Assembly: GCA_040770645.1 (NCBI GenBank)
Contig: JAXGIS010000002.1
Location: forward strand, 165,972 to 229,971
From: Thermoleophilia bacterium
GTDB taxonomy: Bacteria; Actinomycetota; Thermoleophilia; RBG-16-64-13
DNA: 64,000 bases
Direction: 5' to 3'
Shown: positions 1-11,881 of the stretch, piece after piece
Layout: each line of letters starts with the position of its first letter
Position numbering within the stretch: the first letter of the stretch is position 1
Notes under the pieces: model-generated
What the model was told of the DNA's origin: nothing
Databases searched by the model: none
What the model saw: the letters and a program-made list of their open reading frames with translations, nothing else
Made by a program: the position numbers and the translations under genes

Positions 1-593
1 CTGTGGTGATCGAACTCGATATTGGTGAGGATGGCCGCTTCGGGCCGATAGTAGATGAGCGACCCGTCGGATTCGTCGGCCTCGCACACCAGGAAGTCGC
101 CGCCTCCCAAGCGGGCATTGAACCCCACATCGTTGAGCTCTCCTCCCACCACGAGCGATGGATCCAAACCGGCATCCATCAGTACCCGGGCCACCATGGA
201 CGAGGTAGTGGTCTTACCGTGAGTGCCGCACACGGCTATACCTCTGCGACCCTGCATGAGCCAGGCCAAAACCTGCGCCCGCTTCACCACGGGGATGCCC
301 AACTCGCGCGCTTTCTGCAGTTCAGGATTCCTGGCGGGAATGGCGGAAGAGATGACCACCACATCTGGATCCCGCAGATTGGATACGGCGTGCCGTAGAG
401 CCACGCGGATACCGGCCTTCTCAAGCAGGCGCGTGTAGCGCGAAGCCTTCAGGTCGGACCCTTCCACCTCGAAGCCCAGGCCGTTGAGCACCAGCGCGAT
501 ACCGCTCATTCCCTGTCCCCCGATCCCGATGAAGTGGAATCGATGATATGGGGACAGTTCGGGTGTCTCGGGTGACATGGTCTCAGTGTTCAT
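1..593 (-). CDS. murC: UDP-N-acetylmuramate--L-alanine ligase (runs off window edge)
   Basis: Manual translation from ATG at 593: HFIGIGGQGMSGIA, GSD, VCGTHGKTTTSSM, CEADESDGS, TNIEFDH; follows murG in dcw order. Confidence 0.95.
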   Translation of the reverse strand, partial: MNTETMSPETPELSPYHRFHFIGIGGQGMSGIALVLNGLGFEVEGSDLKASRYTRLLEKAGIRVALRHAVSNLRDPDVVVISSAIPARNPELQKARELGIPVVKRAQVLAWLMQGRRGIAVCGTHGKTTTSSMVARVLMDAGLDPSLVVGGELNDVGFNARLGGGDFLVCEADESDGSLIYYRPEAAILTNIEFDHH

Positions 594-601
594 ACAATCC
601 C

Positions 602-1691
602 TCACGCTCGCAACGCCGATCGGCGCCGGTCTGTCAGTTTCATAATCTCCGCAACGATACGCTCCGTGGCATCGGGCCTAGCCAGAGCGAGGGCGGCTTC
701 GCTCATGCGCGCCCGCACCGCCGGATCCAGCATTCTCTCCAACTCGGCACGCAGCCGCGGTCCGGTCAACTCCGCATTCGGCACCACCGCCGCCGCCCCG
801 CCGGCCTCCAAAGCCCGCGCGTTCTTCATCTGATGATCCGCCGTGGCAAACGGATACGGCACCAACACCGCGGGTACGCCCGCGGCCAGCAACTCGGCCA
901 CCGACCCTCCAGCCCGCGACAAGGCCACATCAGCCGCCGCCAATGCCAGATGGAAGTCGGAGATGTACGCAAACGCCTGGTAGCGCTCGGTGGACGGTAG
1001 CATCGCCTCCACCACCCGCTGGTAGTCCGCCTCCCCGGTGACATGCAGGATTTGAAATGCCGGTGTCGTCCCGGCGAACGCTTCAATGACCGCATCATTC
1101 AACACGCGGGCGCCCAGACTGCCGCCAAAGATCAGCAAGACCGGCTCCTCCCCCTCCACGCCGAATCGTCGCCGCCCGTCCGCACGCGTGGCACTGAGCA
1201 ACTTTGGGCGCAGGGCGACCCGTGTAGACGAACTTGCCGCCCTCGCAACCCGGGATGGGAAACGACAGGCACACCTTATCCACCAGACGGCTCAGAACAC
1301 GATTGGTCCAACCCAAGTGAGCATCCATCTCCACCGCGACCGACGGGATGCGCCTAACGGCAGCCTCGGCCACCACGGGACCCGACGCATACGCTCCCAC
1401 GCCCACCACGCAGTCGGGGCGCACCTCGCGCAGCACGTTCCAAGCCTCAACCCCCGCGAGTGGGATAGAAGCAAGGGTCTTGATCGTGCCCAAACCCAGG
1501 TGGCGCTCGAATCCTCGGATGCGGACGCGATGGAACCGGTATCCCGCTTCGGGCACGAGCCGGCCCTCCATCCCATGCCCGGCTCCGCAGAACTCAACCG
1601 TGTGACCGCGATCGGTCAGGACATCAGCGATCGCCAGCGCCGGTACCACATGTCCTGCTGTTCCGCCGCCTGCGATCAAGATACGTGACAT
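602..1691 (-). CDS. murG: MurG GlcNAc transferase (split by indel near 1215)
   Basis: ORF 1095..1691 has IAGGGTAGHVVPALA; ORF 602..1201 has FGGSLGA, SRAGGS, LVPYPFATADHQMKNA. Confidence 0.95.
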
Positions 1692-2979
1692 TCGACAACC
1701 CTCTTTCCACTACGGGGGTTTCTTCATCGGGAACAATCTCCTGGGCCGTCACCGGCACTGGACCAAAACGGGCGACGGCAAGCACCACACCGACTCCCGC
1801 GAGCATAATCACCAGATTCGTCCGTCCGAAACTCACAAAAGGCAACGGGATGCCGGTCAGGGGCATAACCCCCATGACTCCTCCCAGATTCACCACCGCC
1901 TGGCCTGAGATCATGAGACCCACTCCTCCGGCCAGGTAGCGACCGAATGAATCGGTGCACCGCGCCGCAATGCGAAACACAGCCGTCACCAGCAGCGCGA
2001 ACAACAGAAGGAGCAGACCCGCTCCCACGAACCCGAACTCCTCACCGATGATACTGAAGATCATATCGGTATGCGCTTCGGGCAGGTAGTTGAACTTCTG
2101 GACACTCCGTCCGGGGCCCACCCCCCACCATCCGCCGTTGGCCAGGGCCAGAAAGGATTGGACTATCTGCCACCCATGACCCTGCGCGTCTGCGAACGGG
2201 TCCAGGAAGGCCAGGAACCGCTCACGCCTGAAGTCTGACCCCAAAATGGCCGCTGCCACCAGCATCAAACCCAAGAGGGCTATGCTCAACCACTCCTTGA
2301 GGGGCATGCCCGCCTGCCACCACAAGCCCATGACCACCAAACCAATTATCAGAGTGGTGCCCAAGTCGGGTTGCACAAATATCAAGCCGGCCCCGCAGGC
2401 GGCAACGGGGGCCAGTGGCCAGAACAGAACGCCGAATCTCCCTCCCTCCGCTCTGCGCGTGGAAAGGAGATGGGCCGCCAACCCCACCATGACCAGTTTG
2501 GCGATCTCTGAAGGTTGCACCGACAAGGGACCAAGATCGAGCCACCGTGTAGCCTCATTGGCCTCTCGTCCGATGTGCGGGATCTTCGCGGCCACCAACA
2601 ACGCAAACGCAAGGACGGTCAGCCACAGAATGGCCTTCCTGCAACGACGGTAATCCACACGTGAGAGCACCACCAACGCTGCCAGACCCAACAAGGCCGC
2701 CACTCCCTGGTCTTTGATGCGGCTCAAAGCCAGCGCGTTCTCGGCGAAGAACCCCTGAGCCGTGGAAACCGAGTAGATCATGAGCATGCCGATACAGGTC
2801 AGGGCCACGGCCAAGATCCATGCCATGTGGGAGGCCACTGAGCTTACCTCTCTGCCCGGAACCACCACCCACCGACTGTGGGACGCGATACACTCGTCGT
2901 CCTTCGTCTCGCTCAAAGGCAAGTCGACCGCTGTTGCCCACTCGTGGGGGACGGTTGTATGGGGGGAACGCCTCCTCAT
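1624..2979 (-). CDS. ftsW: Cell division SEDS protein FtsW
   Basis: RWLDLGPLSVQPSEIAK, QPDLGT, LPEAHTDMIFSIIGEEFG, PLTGIPLPFVSFG; between murD and murG. Confidence 0.95.
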   Translation of the reverse strand: MRRRSPHTTVPHEWATAVDLPLSETKDDECIASHSRWVVVPGREVSSVASHMAWILAVALTCIGMLMIYSVSTAQGFFAENALALSRIKDQGVAALLGLAALVVLSRVDYRRCRKAILWLTVLAFALLVAAKIPHIGREANEATRWLDLGPLSVQPSEIAKLVMVGLAAHLLSTRRAEGGRFGVLFWPLAPVAACGAGLIFVQPDLGTTLIIGLVVMGLWWQAGMPLKEWLSIALLGLMLVAAAILGSDFRRERFLAFLDPFADAQGHGWQIVQSFLALANGGWWGVGPGRSVQKFNYLPEAHTDMIFSIIGEEFGFVGAGLLLLLFALLVTAVFRIAARCTDSFGRYLAGGVGLMISGQAVVNLGGVMGVMPLTGIPLPFVSFGRTNLVIMLAGVGVVLAVARFGPVPVTAQEIVPDEETPVVERGLSNVTYLDRRRRNSRTCGTGAGDR

Positions 2980-2987
2980 CCTTCACC

Positions 2988-4434
2988 CTACTGGGCCGAC
3001 CTCGCCGCCAAGCGGGCCACGATCTCCATGAAGTGCCGCCCTCGCTCCTCGAAGTTGCGGTATTGGTCGAAACTCGCGCACGCGGGGGCCAGCAGAACCA
3101 CTTCCCCCGGCACCGCAGCCGCTGCAGCCAGACTCACCGCCCGCTCCATGTCTCCTGCCTCCACCAATTCCGGAAGCGCCCCGCCGCCACCTTGGCCGGC
3201 CACGTCCTCAAACGCGCTCCGGATCAGCGGTCCCGCCTCTCCAATCAGGTACACCACGCGACATGCGCCGATGCAGGCCCGGGCCAGCGGAATGTAGTCA
3301 GACGCCTTGTCGCGGCCCCCAAGGATGAGATGCACGCCCGCCGGATACGCAGCCAACGCCTTGAGCGCCGCCTCCACGTTGGTGGCCTTACTGTCGTTGA
3401 CATACTCCACATCGTGGATCTTTCCTGCCCGCTGGAGGCGATGCTCCACTCCAGGGAAGTCCCGGAGGGCCTCCTCCACCGCTTCCAGTTCCAAGCCACG
3501 GGCCAAAGCAGACGAGGCCGCCGCCAAGCAGTTCTCCACGTTGTGCATGCCCCGGAGGCTCAGGTCCTCCAGGCGCAAGGAGGGGCGGCCGAACAGTATA
3601 AGATATTCACCTTCAAGTCTAGATTGAGCCTCGGGGCGTCCATTGCTCGAGAACCAAATCACTTCCGGCCCCGGACTCCGGTTCGGCCAAATCCCTCCCC
3701 ACAGGCGCCACCAGCGCGTCGTCGGCGTTGATGACGGCCGTATCCCCGGCTGCTTGACGCGAGAACACCCTGGTCTTGATCTCAAGGTACCGCTCCATGG
3801 TGCCGTGGCGGTCCAAGTGGTCTTGGGTCAAGTTCGTGAGGATGGCCGTGACAGGGCGAAACTCATGAACGTCCTCCAACTGGAAACTCGATACCTCAAC
3901 CACCACTTCAGTGCTGGAATCGATATCATCCACCACCGTGGTGAGAGCGGTCCCGATGTTGCCCACTGTCCGAACCGGCCGGCCGGCCGTGGCGAACATA
4001 TGCCCCAGGAGCGCTGTGGTGGTGGTCTTGCCGTTCGTGCCTGTGACGGCATCCAGGGGATTGTCCAGCAGGCGATAGCCCAACTCGATCTCACTCCACA
4101 CCGGCAGCCCCGTGTCCCGCGCCCGTCTGACCACCGGCATCTCGGAGGGGATCCCTGGGCTCTTCACTACAAGATCCACGCCTTCCAGAAGGTCGGGGCC
4201 TTGCTCGCCCAGCTTCAACTCCACCTGCGGCCTCCCCGCCAACACCTCCAGCCCATCCAGTTGATCCTGCCGACTTGTGTCGAGAGGACAACGGCGTACC
4301 CCGTGACGAAAGCGCCTGCGCCGCGGCCAATCCTGAGCGGCTGGCCCCCAAGACGGTACACGACGCACCTCTGTAGGTAGGCCGCGCTCCCCCCGCATGG
4401 TGATGAACGTATCCATGGGTTGCTTCACCACCAC
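2988..4434 (-). CDS. murD: UDP-MurNAc-L-Ala--D-glutamate ligase (several indels)
   Basis: VVKSPGIP, AVTGTNGKTTTT, EVSSFQLE, NLTQDHLDRH, EHRLQ, NDSKATN, LLAPACASFDQY spread over three frames. Confidence 0.93.
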
Positions 4435-5411
4435 GGCAGGGAGCCGCGGGCGAACTCCAGATAGTAGAGCGTGAATCCGGCCGCCGCGAACATGGCCGTC
4501 ACTATCCAGAAACGCACGATGATTTTGGTCTCCGACCAGTTCTTCAGCTCAAAGTGATGGTGGATGGGAGACATCAGGAATACACGGCGGTGGAAGAAAC
4601 GCACGGCGACCACCTGGATGATGAGGCTCATACCCTCGATCACGAAAATGGCGCCGATCAAGGGAAGATATAGCTCGGTGCGGGTCATGATGGCCAAGCC
4701 TCCCAAGGCCGCACCCAGAGCCAGCGCCCCGGTGTCGCCCATGAACACGGCGGCGGGGAACGAGTTGTACCACAGAAAGCCGATGCAGCCACCCATCAGA
4801 CTGGCAGCCAGTATGGCTAGGTCTTTGTATCCGTTCAGCCAAGTGATCCCTACGTAGGCCAACAGCGCTATGGCCACAGTCCCCGCGGCCAGGCCGTCGA
4901 GACCGTCGGTGAGATTCACGGTATTGGCACTCCCGGCACCGATGAGATAAGCGAGCACGATATAGAACCATCCCAGGTTCACGCTCACCTTCAATAACGG
5001 GATGTTCACGCTGGTACCGACGCCACCGAAACGATATGCCATGAATCCCACAATGAGTAGAACCACAAGTTGGAGGGCCAGCTTGACTTTGCCGCTGATA
5101 CCGAGAGAGCGTCTGCGCAGCAGTTTACTGCTGTCATCCAAGAAACCGATGATGGCGGTGCCCACCAACAATCCCAACACCAGCAGACCACTGGTTGAGT
5201 AACTACCGAGCAGTAAATAAGGGACTATGGCGCAGACCAGTATCAGAAGGCCACCCATTGTGGGCGTACCGGCTTTGGCCTGATGGCGAGCCGGACCTTC
5301 CTCCCGAATGCTCTGCCGGATGCCACGACGCCGCAGCAGGGAGATGAAACGAGGGCCACTCACGACCACCAACAGCACGGCGAGAATGGCGGCGGCCAAC
5401 ACCCTGCCCAC
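4425..5411 (-). CDS. mraY: Phospho-N-acetylmuramoyl-pentapeptide transferase
   Basis: KAGTPTMGG, NLTDGLDGL, FMGDTG, SPIHHHFE. Confidence 0.97.
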   Translation of the reverse strand: MGRVLAAAILAVLLVVVSGPRFISLLRRRGIRQSIREEGPARHQAKAGTPTMGGLLILVCAIVPYLLLGSYSTSGLLVLGLLVGTAIIGFLDDSSKLLRRRSLGISGKVKLALQLVVLLIVGFMAYRFGGVGTSVNIPLLKVSVNLGWFYIVLAYLIGAGSANTVNLTDGLDGLAAGTVAIALLAYVGITWLNGYKDLAILAASLMGGCIGFLWYNSFPAAVFMGDTGALALGAALGGLAIMTRTELYLPLIGAIFVIEGMSLIIQVVAVRFFHRRVFLMSPIHHHFELKNWSETKIIVRFWIVTAMFAAAGFTLYYLEFARGSLPWW

Positions 5412-5414
5412 CGC

Positions 5415-6905
5415 TCAACACTCCTCTCGCGCCAAACTCAACAGACCCTGCACCACCTGCTCCAGACACAGGCGTCGCGATCCCTTCACAAGCACCACAT
5501 CTCCAGGCTTCAAGCTGAGCTTGAGTTCATTTGCCATCCCTGGTATGCCAACCAGGGTGCGCGCTTTCGCCACGCCGTGCGGCGCCACCGATTCATATGC
5601 CTCGACCACGGTTGATGCGTGGTCGCCCACGGCATATAGGACTTCCACGCCCATCTCGGCGGCCTTATGTCCAATCTGGGCATGATACAGACCTGCATCC
5701 GCGCCCAGTTCCAGCATATCGCCCAGTATGGCCACCGACCTCCCCCCGACTTGACGAGCCCTTTCCATCAAACCGGACAGGGCCATGACAACCGCTTCGG
5801 GGTTGGCATTGTATGTGTCATCCAGGATGATCAACCCGCCCACCTCATACTCGTCTCCACGCCCCGGCGTGAAGACCACTCCCCCTACCCCTTGTAGGCA
5901 GTGCTGTAGAGAGAGCTGGGCAGCGTAGCACACCGCAGCGGCGGCCACTGTGTTTTCCAACCGGTAGCGCGCCGTGAAAGGCGTGGTTACCTCAGCCTCA
6001 CCTTCAGGCCAAGTCACATGCAACAAACACCGCGCTGCGTCGCACACGGTCGCATGTCCAAGTATGAGTGGATCACGACCCTCTGCATGTCCAACAACCG
6101 GTTCTACAACTTCTCCGCCAAGCGACTCCTGTTCTGCTGCTCCTTCCAGAGCGAAACGCACCACCCGCCTGCCCGCCCGCCGGCCTGCCTTCTCCACCCA
6201 TTCTTCCAGCGCCCGGCAGTCGCGCGGCACTACCACCACCCCGCCCGGCTTGGTGCGCAGAATGAGTTCAGCCTTAGCCTGAGCTACATTCTCAAGCGTG
6301 CCAAGAAGCTCAAGATGTACTGGAGCTACATTGGTTATTACCCCTACGTCCGGTTCGGCAACATCCGCCAAGTACGCGATCTGCCCCAACCCCCTCATGC
6401 CCATCTCCACTACCACGATCTCTGTAGAAGGCTCGATCTGCAGCAAAGTGAGTGGCACGCCGATCTCGTTGTTCAGGTTGGACTCAGTGGCCAGCACCAC
6501 CCGTTCCATCCCGGCCATAGCCCGAATCAGATCCTTGGTGCCGGTCTTGCCGATGCTCCCCGTCACGCCAATAACCACTGCCCGCGATAGCCGCCGCACA
6601 GCCCGTGCCATGCGGCCCAGCGCCAGAAGCGGGCTCTCGACTTCATAAATGCGGTCCTCCCACTCACGGACGGCAGCCTCTTCCAACGCTGCAACACCAT
6701 GTCCTGTGGACACCACTGCGCCACACGCCCCGTTGCGCAGTGCCTGCAGTACATATTGGTGCCCATCGAAGCGCTCGCCCGCTAGAGCGAAGAACAGGTC
6801 TCCTTTGCGCAGCGTGCGCGTGTCGACCGAAACTCCAGTGACGGCCGTTTTGAGCGGTGGCAGGCCCAGCGCCGCACCGGCCGTAGTGGCATCCAGCGCA
6901 ATCAT
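5415..6905 (-). CDS. murF: UDP-MurNAc-tripeptide--D-Ala-D-Ala ligase
   Basis: GVTGSIGKT, NLNNEIGVPLTL, EMGM, DDTYNANP, LGDMLELG, VKGSR. Confidence 0.96.
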   Translation of the reverse strand: MIALDATTAGAALGLPPLKTAVTGVSVDTRTLRKGDLFFALAGERFDGHQYVLQALRNGACGAVVSTGHGVAALEEAAVREWEDRIYEVESPLLALGRMARAVRRLSRAVVIGVTGSIGKTGTKDLIRAMAGMERVVLATESNLNNEIGVPLTLLQIEPSTEIVVVEMGMRGLGQIAYLADVAEPDVGVITNVAPVHLELLGTLENVAQAKAELILRTKPGGVVVVPRDCRALEEWVEKAGRRAGRRVVRFALEGAAEQESLGGEVVEPVVGHAEGRDPLILGHATVCDAARCLLHVTWPEGEAEVTTPFTARYRLENTVAAAAVCYAAQLSLQHCLQGVGGVVFTPGRGDEYEVGGLIILDDTYNANPEAVVMALSGLMERARQVGGRSVAILGDMLELGADAGLYHAQIGHKAAEMGVEVLYAVGDHASTVVEAYESVAPHGVAKARTLVGIPGMANELKLSLKPGDVVLVKGSRRLCLEQVVQGLLSLAREEC

Positions 6906-8493
6906 TTCTTCCCCCAGCCGTGGTGATGAAGTGCAGCCAGGGCAACCTGGCAGTCGTCGAAGGGCACTTTCTTATCCGCGAACTCCTGGCCGCTCTCGTG
7001 ACCCTTCCCAAGGATCAGAACTAGATCCCCTGGCTCAGCCATCTCCACTGCTCTGGCGATGGCCTCACGCCGGTCGACTTGGACCTCCGCACCTTCGGGA
7101 CATGCAAGCCCAGCCAGTATCTCAGCCACGATGGCAGCGGGATCCTCCGAGCGTGGGTTATCGGAAGTGATGATGCAGACATCGCTCCCCTCCTCCAGAG
7201 CCCTACCCATCTTGGGGCGTTTGGTGCGATCCCGATCCCCCCCACACCCCAATAGCGCGATGATCCGCCCCGATCCCACAGCTCGCGCCGTTCGCAAGAC
7301 GTTCTCCACCGAATCAGGCGTGTGAGCGTAATCCACGAGAACGGTGAACGGCTGGCCGGCGTCCACTTTCTGCATGCGACCGGGCACACCCGGGAACCTA
7401 CGTATAGCGCTGAGCATCCGGTGGATATCAAGCCCCAAGCCCAAACCCAAGCCCAAGGCCGTTAGGGTGTTGGAGGCGTTGAACTCCCCAAGCAGCGGGA
7501 CTGCGAGCGGGAACTGCAGGCTGGAACCAAGATCTATCCCCACTAACGCCTCCGGTTTCACCGAAGCCGCGGCCACGAGAGGCAGAGCCCGCCCCTGCAA
7601 CCTCAGTGTGCCCCGTACCCCCTGCGCGTCCAAGCGCAGGTCGCATAACTCAATGTCGGGCCGCGTGTCTTCCGTCCTCTGCACACCACCGGCTCCCCGT
7701 ACCGCGAAGGTCAGCAACCGCCCCGGGTCCACCAAAGCTGCGATCTCACGGCCCATTACGTCGTCAACGTTGACCACGGCGGGGATGGCTTCGCCGGCAA
7801 ACACCGGGTCCGTGAAAAGCCTCAGTTTGGCGGCTCGGTATGCTGCGAAAGACCCATGAAACTCAAGATGATCTTGAGTCAGGTTCGTGAACGCCACCGC
7901 TCCAAACCGCAGTCCATCCGCGCGACCCAGTTCAAGCGCGTGCGAGGAGACCTCCATCACTGCGGCGCCATTCCCCGCGGCTACCATGGCGGCCAAGTCG
8001 CGCTGCAAATCCGGCGCCTCCGGAGTGGTCCTGTTCGCGGGGTGATGTTCCCCGCCGATCACACGCTCCACTGTAGTGAGCAGACCCGTGCGCATACCGG
8101 CATCCTCCAGCAACCATGCCACCAGGTAGGCGGTGGTTGTCTTGCCGTTGGTGCCGGTGATCCCCACCAGCCGGAGCCGCCGACTCGATCACCGTAGAAC
8201 GTCCGAGCCATCCGAGCCATGGCCGATCTCACATCGGGAACCACGATCTGGGGTACCGGCAAAGCCAACGGTCGCTGCACACACAGAGCCACCGCCCCGC
8301 GCGCAACGGCGTCACCGGCGAACTCGTGGCCGTCGAATCTGAGACCGGGAATGCAGAAAAACAACGTACCCGCTTCGACGGTGCGACTGTCATAGGAGAG
8401 GGACACGATGTCCACAAAGGGATGGCCGGAGAGATCGTAATCCTCCAGCCCGTTGAGGAGTTCGGGGAGGTTCACGGATTCGAATTCTACCAT
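6902..8493 (-). CDS. murE: UDP-MurNAc-dipeptide--diamino acid ligase (indel near 8188)
   Basis: YDSRTV and DGHEFA in upstream frame; GITGTNGKTT, EVSSH, VDYAHTPD, GCGGDRD, DNPR (meso-DAP-type), GKGHE downstream. Confidence 0.95.
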
Positions 8494-8527
8494 AGGGGTA
8501 CCGACTGAACCCGATCGTGACACCGGT

Positions 8528-10197
8528 TCAATCCTCGGCCTTGCAGTCCGGGGCAATGCCCAAATGCTTGACTGTGAAGTCCGCAATACGGGCAAACACA
8601 GGCGCTGCCACCTCAGAACCCAGGTGGGCCTGCTGCGGCTCATCCACAGCCACCAGGATCACCACCCGTGGGCGGTCGGCCGGTATCATGCCTACGAACG
8701 AGGCCAGATACTTGTCCTCGGCATACCCTATGCCGTCCTCCAATGCCTTCTCTGCCGTACCGGTCTTCCCGGCCACCGAGTACCCTGGGAGGGCGGCTGC
8801 AGTTCCGGTCCCGCTCTCCACCGTCTCTTTCAGCATAGCCCGCAACTGCTCCGCCACCCGCGCATCCACCACCCTGCGCGTCTCTATCTCTCCCGCCGAT
8901 TTCTTGGTCAAATGCGGCGCCACCCAAAGCCCATCGTTAGCCACGGCGGCGTACGCCGACGCCAACTGGATGGCCGTGACGGATATGCCTTGACCAATGG
9001 GCACATTGGCTACCGTTCCCAAGTTCCACTTATCAACCGGCAGCAGCAGCCCCGCGACCTCTCCCGGCGCGTCGATCCCTGTGCGTCGCGTGAAGCCAAA
9101 AGCGTTTATCATCCGACAGAAATCCTCTTTGCCCACCTTGAGCCCCAGAGTCACTGCGCCCACGTTCGACGATCGCGCCACTATCTGCGTAACCGACATG
9201 ACCCGTTCCGGCTCCACGCCCTCGTAGGCTTCGCCAATGGAGACATCGCCCACCACGATATTGGGCGGTAGTGTGAAGACCGTGTCCGGCGTCACCAACT
9301 GCGCGGACAGAGCAGCCGCCACCACCACCAGCTTGAAGGTGCTTCCCGGTTCAAACAAATCGGTGACCGGATAATGCCTCCTATCGGCGGCATCTTGGGC
9401 CAAGTACTCGTTGGCATCGAAGACCGGGGTGGTAGCCATGGCCAACACCTCCCCACTCTGCGGATCCAGGATTATGGCAGTAGCCTTCCTGGCCTCATAC
9501 TCCTCCACCGCTTCCGTGAGGATCTGCTCCGTGGCGAACTGGATTTCCTTGTCAACAGTGAGCACCACATCGTTACCCGGTACGGGGGCGTCTTCGTGCA
9601 CGACCTCGAGTACCCTCCCCCGATCGTCGACTATGGTGGTCCGTTTGCCGGGCTCACTGACAACTGGGCATCGTACCGCAATCTGAGACCCTCCAGCCCT
9701 TTCATCTCGGTGCCCACGAATCCCAGAAGTTGAGAAGCCAACGCTCCCTGCGGATAAATGCGCTTGTCTTCCGCTTGACCAAAGACTCCTTTGATACCCA
9801 AAGAGCACGCCCGCCGCGCCACTACCGGGTCCGCCATGCGCATCACATAGACGAAGGTTCCCGGCGTGGAAAGCCGCGCCAAGATTTCGTCCTCCTTCAT
9901 ATCCAGAACTGCAGCCAACTTCCGCGCAGCGGCGGGTGGGTCTTCTATCTCCTTGGGGTTCGCGCAGACCGATATCATCTCCACAGTGAGAGCCAGTGCT
10001 CCACCGTCCCTGTCGAGGATGGCAGCCCGTTTCACTGGAAGCACAGTGGAGGCCAAGTACTGCCTCTCCGCACGCTGCGAATACTCAGCGGCTTTGACCA
10101 CCTGCAGATAGAAGGCCTTGCCCAGGAGTCCGGCGAAACACGCACCGAAGGCCAAGACCATGAGGAGCAGCCGCCTGTTGCGGGAGCGACCGCTCAT
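8528..10197 (-). CDS. ftsI: Class B penicillin-binding protein FtsI (indels near 9650-9700)
   Basis: N-terminal TM, RAAILDRDG, RIYPQG; EPGSTFK (SxxK), SSN, AGKTGTAEK. Confidence 0.93.
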
Positions 10198-10201
10198 GTT
10201 A

Positions 10202-10921
10202 TCAAGGCGTTCGCGCTCCCCGACCGGCTGCCTCGTCAGCAGCTTCACTCGGCGAGGTTGCCGTGGCGGGAGATTCGCGGCCGTCGCGCCGGGCACCGGC
10301 GGCGGCACCCACGTCGGCCACGGCCACCGCACCCGCAGTGGCCACCATCCGCGGACCGCCCACGTCTTCCGAGGCCGATTCGGCCTTGACGCCCGGCACT
10401 TCGATGTAGGCCACGCCGGTGGCGAGCTCCAATCCCAACAGCCCAGCCTTGTCCTGCAAACGTGCCGCGGAGCCCAGGGCGGCGGCCTGGGTGTTGTACT
10501 CGGCCTGTTCGGCGCGCAGGGAGGAGACCTGCCTCTCCAGCATCACGGCCTCGGCTTTGAAATGGAAGGCGGCCATGTTGAGCAGTACCGGTGCAGCCCC
10601 TCCGCACACGAGGAGTAGGAATCCGAACACAAGCAGCGGCACCAGCACTCGACGTGTCCGTCTCCGCGGTCTCGCCACCAACCGCAGCGCCGGCTGGCGG
10701 ATAGGACGACCTGCGGGGCGTGCCGACGGAGCCGCCGCAGCCACGGCGGACCTTTCAGCGGCGATCTTCCTACCGGCAGATGCTCGTGACCGCGGGTCAG
10801 GTTCCGCCAAGCGCCGTCGCTCTCGCGCGGCCACCCTCTCTGCGCTGCGCCTGGCGGCGTCGGATTCGTACTCCGACCACTCGCGGTTGGTGTAGTAGCG
10901 CGCTGCCGCGGCCCCGGCCAT
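10202..10921 (-). CDS. FtsL-like cell division protein
   Basis: Between rsmH and ftsI; basic N-terminus, single TM (VLVPLLVFGFLLLVCG), coiled coil, ALGSAARLQDKAGLLGL; start inferred at MAGAAAARYY. Confidence 0.7.
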   Translation of the reverse strand: MAGAAAARYYTNREWSEYESDAARRSAERVAARERRRLAEPDPRSRASAGRKIAAERSAVAAAAPSARPAGRPIRQPALRLVARPRRRTRRVLVPLLVFGFLLLVCGGAAPVLLNMAAFHFKAEAVMLERQVSSLRAEQAEYNTQAAALGSAARLQDKAGLLGLELATGVAYIEVPGVKAESASEDVGGPRMVATAGAVAVADVGAAAGARRDGRESPATATSPSEAADEAAGRGARTP

Positions 10922-11853
10922 CACAACCTCCACGCGGCCCGCAGTTTGGCCGAGCTGGATCGCGGATTGGCCTTCAGTTCCCGCGCCTTGGGCGTGAGCG
11001 GCCTGGGAGTGAGGATATCCAGGGTGGGGACACGGCCACAGGCACATACCGGGAAAGACGGGGGACAGATGCAAGGGTGCGCTTGACTGTGGAAGAAACG
11101 CTTGACAATGCGATCTTCCAACGAGTGGAAACTCACTACCGCCAGGACGCCACCCGGAACCAGAAGTTCCAAGGCCTCAGGTAGTGCTCGTTTGAGGGAC
11201 TCCAACTCGTCGTTCACCACTATGCGCAACGCCTGGAAGACTCTCCGCGCCGGATTCCTGGCTCCAAAACGGGCAGGGGTGGGAATGGCCTGCTTCACCG
11301 TCTCCACCAGTTCAGCCGTCCGCGTGTAGGCCGACGTCTGCCGGCGACGTACCACCAGCCTGGCTATGGGACGCGCGAACTGCTCCTCTCCGTACACTCG
11401 GAAAATGCGGGTCAGTTCATCCTCCGATGCCTCATTGACGATGTCGGCCGCCGTGGTGGTGAGTGCGGGGTCCATGCGCATATCGAGCGGGGCATCGTAG
11501 CCGTAGGAGAAGCCACGCTCCTCAGTGTCCACCTGCATGCTCGATAGACCCAGATCCATATAGAGATGTGTGGCCCGGAAGCCCGCTTCTCTGAGTTCGA
11601 TCAAGACGTCGGCGAAGTTGCCGGCGTAGAAGTGAGACGGGCATCGAAAGCTGGGCCGCAAAGCATCGAAGTAATCACGGGCCACGGGATCGCGGTCGCA
11701 CGCCACGAAGCACCCCTCCGGGCCGAGATGCTCCGCCACCGCCGCCGCATGCCCGCCTGCGCCGAACGTGCAATCGACTACGTAGCTATCGGACTGCACA
11801 TTTAGGAGTTCCAACAACTCCGTGGTCAGCACAGGTGTATGTGCCATTGCCAT
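10921..11853 (-). CDS. rsmH: 16S rRNA C1402 methyltransferase RsmH (MraW)
   Basis: HTPVL, DCTFGAGGH, DLGLSSMQ, PLDMRMD, FQALRI, SFHSLEDR, NPRSSSAKLR; alternative start 11892. Confidence 0.97.
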   Translation of the reverse strand: MAMAHTPVLTTELLELLNVQSDSYVVDCTFGAGGHAAAVAEHLGPEGCFVACDRDPVARDYFDALRPSFRCPSHFYAGNFADVLIELREAGFRATHLYMDLGLSSMQVDTEERGFSYGYDAPLDMRMDPALTTTAADIVNEASEDELTRIFRVYGEEQFARPIARLVVRRRQTSAYTRTAELVETVKQAIPTPARFGARNPARRVFQALRIVVNDELESLKRALPEALELLVPGGVLAVVSFHSLEDRIVKRFFHSQAHPCICPPSFPVCACGRVPTLDILTPRPLTPKARELKANPRSSSAKLRAAWRL

Positions 11854-11881
11854 TTCCGCCTCAAATGCCAGTGCCGCAGAG

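Noticed and set aside
1624-1691. 68-nt ftsW/murG overlap with Arg-rich FtsW tail
   Set aside because: Simple consequence of reading the murG GGGTAGH motif in another frame; ordinary dcw overlap
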